From Cyanobacteria bacterium P01_D01_bin.156 (lineage in GTDB: Bacteria > Cyanobacteriota > Cyanobacteriia > Phormidesmidales > Phormidesmidaceae): DNA of 10,317 bases. Below, in pieces: positions 8,250 through 10,317 of this stretch (the stretch's first letter is position 1; every line of letters begins with the position of its first letter). The position numbers and the translations under genes are program-made. The notes below the pieces were generated by a model that ran no database searches, was not told where the DNA came from, and saw only the letters and a program-made list of their open reading frames with translations. The stretch covers positions 1-10,317 of the forward strand of contig JBCCQQ010000109.1 in the NCBI GenBank assembly GCA_039024555.1, given 5' to 3'.

Positions 8250-9179
8250 TCAAACTACGGATTGAGGATAAATAAACTGATATCCAGTGGCTTTAAGCTT
8301 GTAGTTGCTAACGCGGACGCTTTTGCCTGGCAGGCTGAGTCTAGACTGGTCCCAATGTACAGAGGGCAACCCGTATCGAGAGCAGATTTGCTCTAGCTGG
8401 TCTTTGATCGTCAGCTGGCTATCATCCACCAGATTGTAGATACCCTGCAGCTGATTGAGCCGAGCGAATTCAATCACGCCAACGATGTCATCCCGATGGA
8501 TCCAATTGATAACGCGCTCGCCCCTACCCGGTAACGTCATGCCTGCCATTCCCCCAAGCATGCCAACCAACTCTCGACCTGGACCATAAATTCCCCCTAG
8601 TCGAAGGATGCAGATTCTTTGGTCCTCACTGTTTGCCTGAGATATGATTTGCTCTGCCTCATAGAGCATTTGGCTGCGAGGTTCGGACGGGAAAATAGCA
8701 GCATTTTCATCTACCCACTCTCCCTGACGGTCTCCATAGACAGAGCAACTGCTGAGATAAATAACCTGTTTCACACTCGGTGTTTGTTTCAACGCTTGAA
8801 GGAGATTTTTAGCCGTAGTGAGATAGGTTTGTTCGTAGGTTGCCTCATCCGCTACTTGGAATCCCGTTGGCGCGACGCTGACAACCACAGTGTCTTGAGC
8901 TTGGACCAGAGATTGAATAGCATTGGCATCATCTCCTGTTATGACAGCCACTTTGGAGAGAAGAGACTGGAGTGATGCAACCCGTTCTTGTCTGGTCGTT
9001 GTCCCTGTGACAAAGTGGCCTTGCTCTTGCCAACAGGCAGCTAATGCACTGCCAACATAGCCGCACCCTAGAATAGCGATATTCTCATAGAGCTGACGGC
9101 GCTGAGCCCGTTGGCGTAGCAACTGCTGCAGATAAGCCATATCCAGCTCAGAGCTGTTGCTATTAACAGAGTTATTCAT
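8250..9179 (-). CDS. NAD(P)-dependent epimerase/dehydratase-like atypical SDR (YeeZ-like)
   Basis: Rossmann motif IAILGCGYVG, V.GTTT, YLSSCSVYGD..G.WVDE, EAE, LRLGGIYGPGR, NWIHRDD, YNLVDD and C-terminal VSN.KLK..GY.F.YP. Confidence 0.9.
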   Translation of the reverse strand: MNNSVNSNSSELDMAYLQQLLRQRAQRRQLYENIAILGCGYVGSALAACWQEQGHFVTGTTTRQERVASLQSLLSKVAVITGDDANAIQSLVQAQDTVVVSVAPTGFQVADEATYEQTYLTTAKNLLQALKQTPSVKQVIYLSSCSVYGDRQGEWVDENAAIFPSEPRSQMLYEAEQIISQANSEDQRICILRLGGIYGPGRELVGMLGGMAGMTLPGRGERVINWIHRDDIVGVIEFARLNQLQGIYNLVDDSQLTIKDQLEQICSRYGLPSVHWDQSRLSLPGKSVRVSNYKLKATGYQFIYPQSVV

Positions 9180-9271
9180 GGTGATAATAAGGTGGATTAA
9201 AAACTGGATTGGGTAAATCTTGTTAGCTAGTCTCTCTAGCTTTACTCTTCAAAAACACAATGCTGTATGCC

Positions 9272-9850
9272 TCAGCTAATAAGACTTCCTGCCGAAGTAG
9301 CTAGAGGGGCCACTTGACTGTCTTGACTGACTCTGACCCAGCGACGATAATCTTGAACAAGTTGATTTTCTAACCGAGACTTTATGGTCAACAAGATACC
9401 ATTGAGGAATGCTTTGCCAGTTGTCTGCAAAACTTGTTCAGGAACCAGTTTGAGAGCTGGCGGTGTTTCTACTTGCACTATTAAATCTGCTTTTCCGAGT
9501 AATTCGGTGGTTGTTTCCTGGCGATGGGGTACCAGTATGCCAGATAACTCTAAATTGAAAGACCGATTCAGGCGCTCTGCACCTCGAATCTCACAATTTA
9601 GAGATCGCAACCGAAGTGTTCCATCAGGGTTTATCCAGACTTGTAACTCAGCAATAGGCTCAAACCGCAGCATCATAAATTGCAAGGAACGAAGCCGTAA
9701 ACGAAAATGAGACGAACTCAACTGCTCAATTCGACTGGAATCAGTGATCGCTTGAACCAGCCGTTGAGGCTGGTTCAGGTAGTGCTCAATCGAAATTGCT
9801 TCGTTGGACACATTCATCTTGAGCGTTTTAGTTACATGGAAATGTTGCAT
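9272..9850 (-). CDS. DUF1997 family protein
   Basis: 192 aa with the cyanobacterial DUF1997 pattern IEHYL.QPQRLV.AI...RIEQL....FRL..R.L.F....FEP...L.VW, L.G.ADL.VQVE.PP.L...P..VL..TG...LNGIL.TIK.RL..QL..DYR.W. GGAG lies 7 nt before the ATG. Confidence 0.85.
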   Translation of the reverse strand: MQHFHVTKTLKMNVSNEAISIEHYLNQPQRLVQAITDSSRIEQLSSSHFRLRLRSLQFMMLRFEPIAELQVWINPDGTLRLRSLNCEIRGAERLNRSFNLELSGILVPHRQETTTELLGKADLIVQVETPPALKLVPEQVLQTTGKAFLNGILLTIKSRLENQLVQDYRRWVRVSQDSQVAPLATSAGSLIS

Positions 9851-9964
9851 GACAAGACTCCAAATCTATTAACATGCTGTTTGAGAACTCATCCAAGCAC
9901 TTTAGATTGGGGTAAATCTTTTCTGATATGAAACGTGTTTACTCGCACTTTTCCTCACATGTAG

Positions 9965-10066
9965 TTATGAGGCTTTTTCGGTAAATTCTTGCTTGGAAAA
10001 TTGATTCAGCGCAATTCCAGTTGACCAAAGGAATAGCAGAAAAGTTACAAAGGTCATCAAAGGCAT
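9965..10066 (-). CDS. Putative 33-aa single-transmembrane microprotein (not in the ORF track)
   Basis: MPLMTFVTFLLFLWSTGIALNQFSKQEFTEKAS*. GGAGG (10079-10075) lies 8 nt upstream of ATG 10066. An alternative in-frame ATG at 10081 gives 38 aa. It is co-oriented with the downstream genes. Confidence 0.55.
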   Translation of the reverse strand: MPLMTFVTFLLFLWSTGIALNQFSKQEFTEKAS

Positions 10067-10247
10067 CGCAGCGGCCTCCATTTATTGATTTTTGTGAACA
10101 ACTACGCCAGTCATTCTAATTAACCATCCTTTGGAAGATAGAGGGGGGAAACCCGTACAAAGGCATATTTCTGATGGGTATACAGATACTTCGGTTATCC
10201 GGCTTCTACGATTACGGCTCTCCACGTAGGCCAGAGTCCGAGAAATG

Positions 10248-10265
10248 TTTACATTAGTTAACAAA
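10248..10265 (+). promoter_or_regulatory. HLR1-like (RpaB-type) site in a probable divergent promoter region
   Basis: TTTACATT-ag-TTAACAAA, one mismatch to HLR1. It overlaps a + strand -35 TTAACA (10258-10263), 17 nt before -10 TAACCT (10281-10286), and a minus-strand -10-like TAATGT (10256-10251). Confidence 0.6.
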
Positions 10266-10302
10266 TGCCGCTTAGATCTATAACCTGATCTCTGAAACGA
10301 TT

Positions 10303-10317
10303 ATGGACATCCAACAA
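10303..10317 (+). CDS. Possible start of a divergently transcribed gene (MDIQQ..., runs off the window)
   Basis: ATG just downstream of the candidate + strand promoter. Only five codons are visible. Confidence 0.25.

Noticed and set aside
5164..9931. + strand ORFs 5164-5496, 6606-6992, 7050-7268, 8619-8975, 9384-9710 and 9707-9931
   Set aside because: They are antisense shadows of marC, MATE, SDR and DUF1997.
10044..10051. Isolated HLR1 half-sites (GTTACAAA here; TTTACATT at 5773-5780)
   Set aside because: Neither has a second half-site at N2 spacing.
10082..10264. 60-aa minus-strand ORF whose TAA abuts ATG 10081
   Set aside because: Its TTG start lies inside the promoter/HLR1 site, with no RBS or motif. 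It is more likely an untranslated leader.

Overview
Cyanobacterial DNA, judged from HIP1 GCGATCGC octamers and an orange-carotenoid-protein family gene. The left part (+ strand) holds a 5'-truncated cobaltochelatase cobN overlapping cobO by ATGA. cobN carries a 162-bp, in-frame, inverted-repeat-bounded MITE-like insertion. A junction scar follows, with a truncated XRE helix-turn-helix gene, an ~80-bp segment of unknown origin and a decayed IS6-family transposase fragment. The right part is a HIP1-free, minus-strand block: an unannotated 33-aa hydrophobic ORF, DUF1997, a YeeZ-like atypical SDR, a stand-alone helical carotenoid protein (OCP N-terminal domain only), a MATE exporter and MarC. Three HLR1-like (RpaB-type) direct-repeat sites sit at the head of this block, upstream of the HCP gene and upstream of marC. 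This suggests a possibly acquired, high-light-regulated carotenoid/photoprotection module (inference). All family calls are by eye from motifs; no searches were run.
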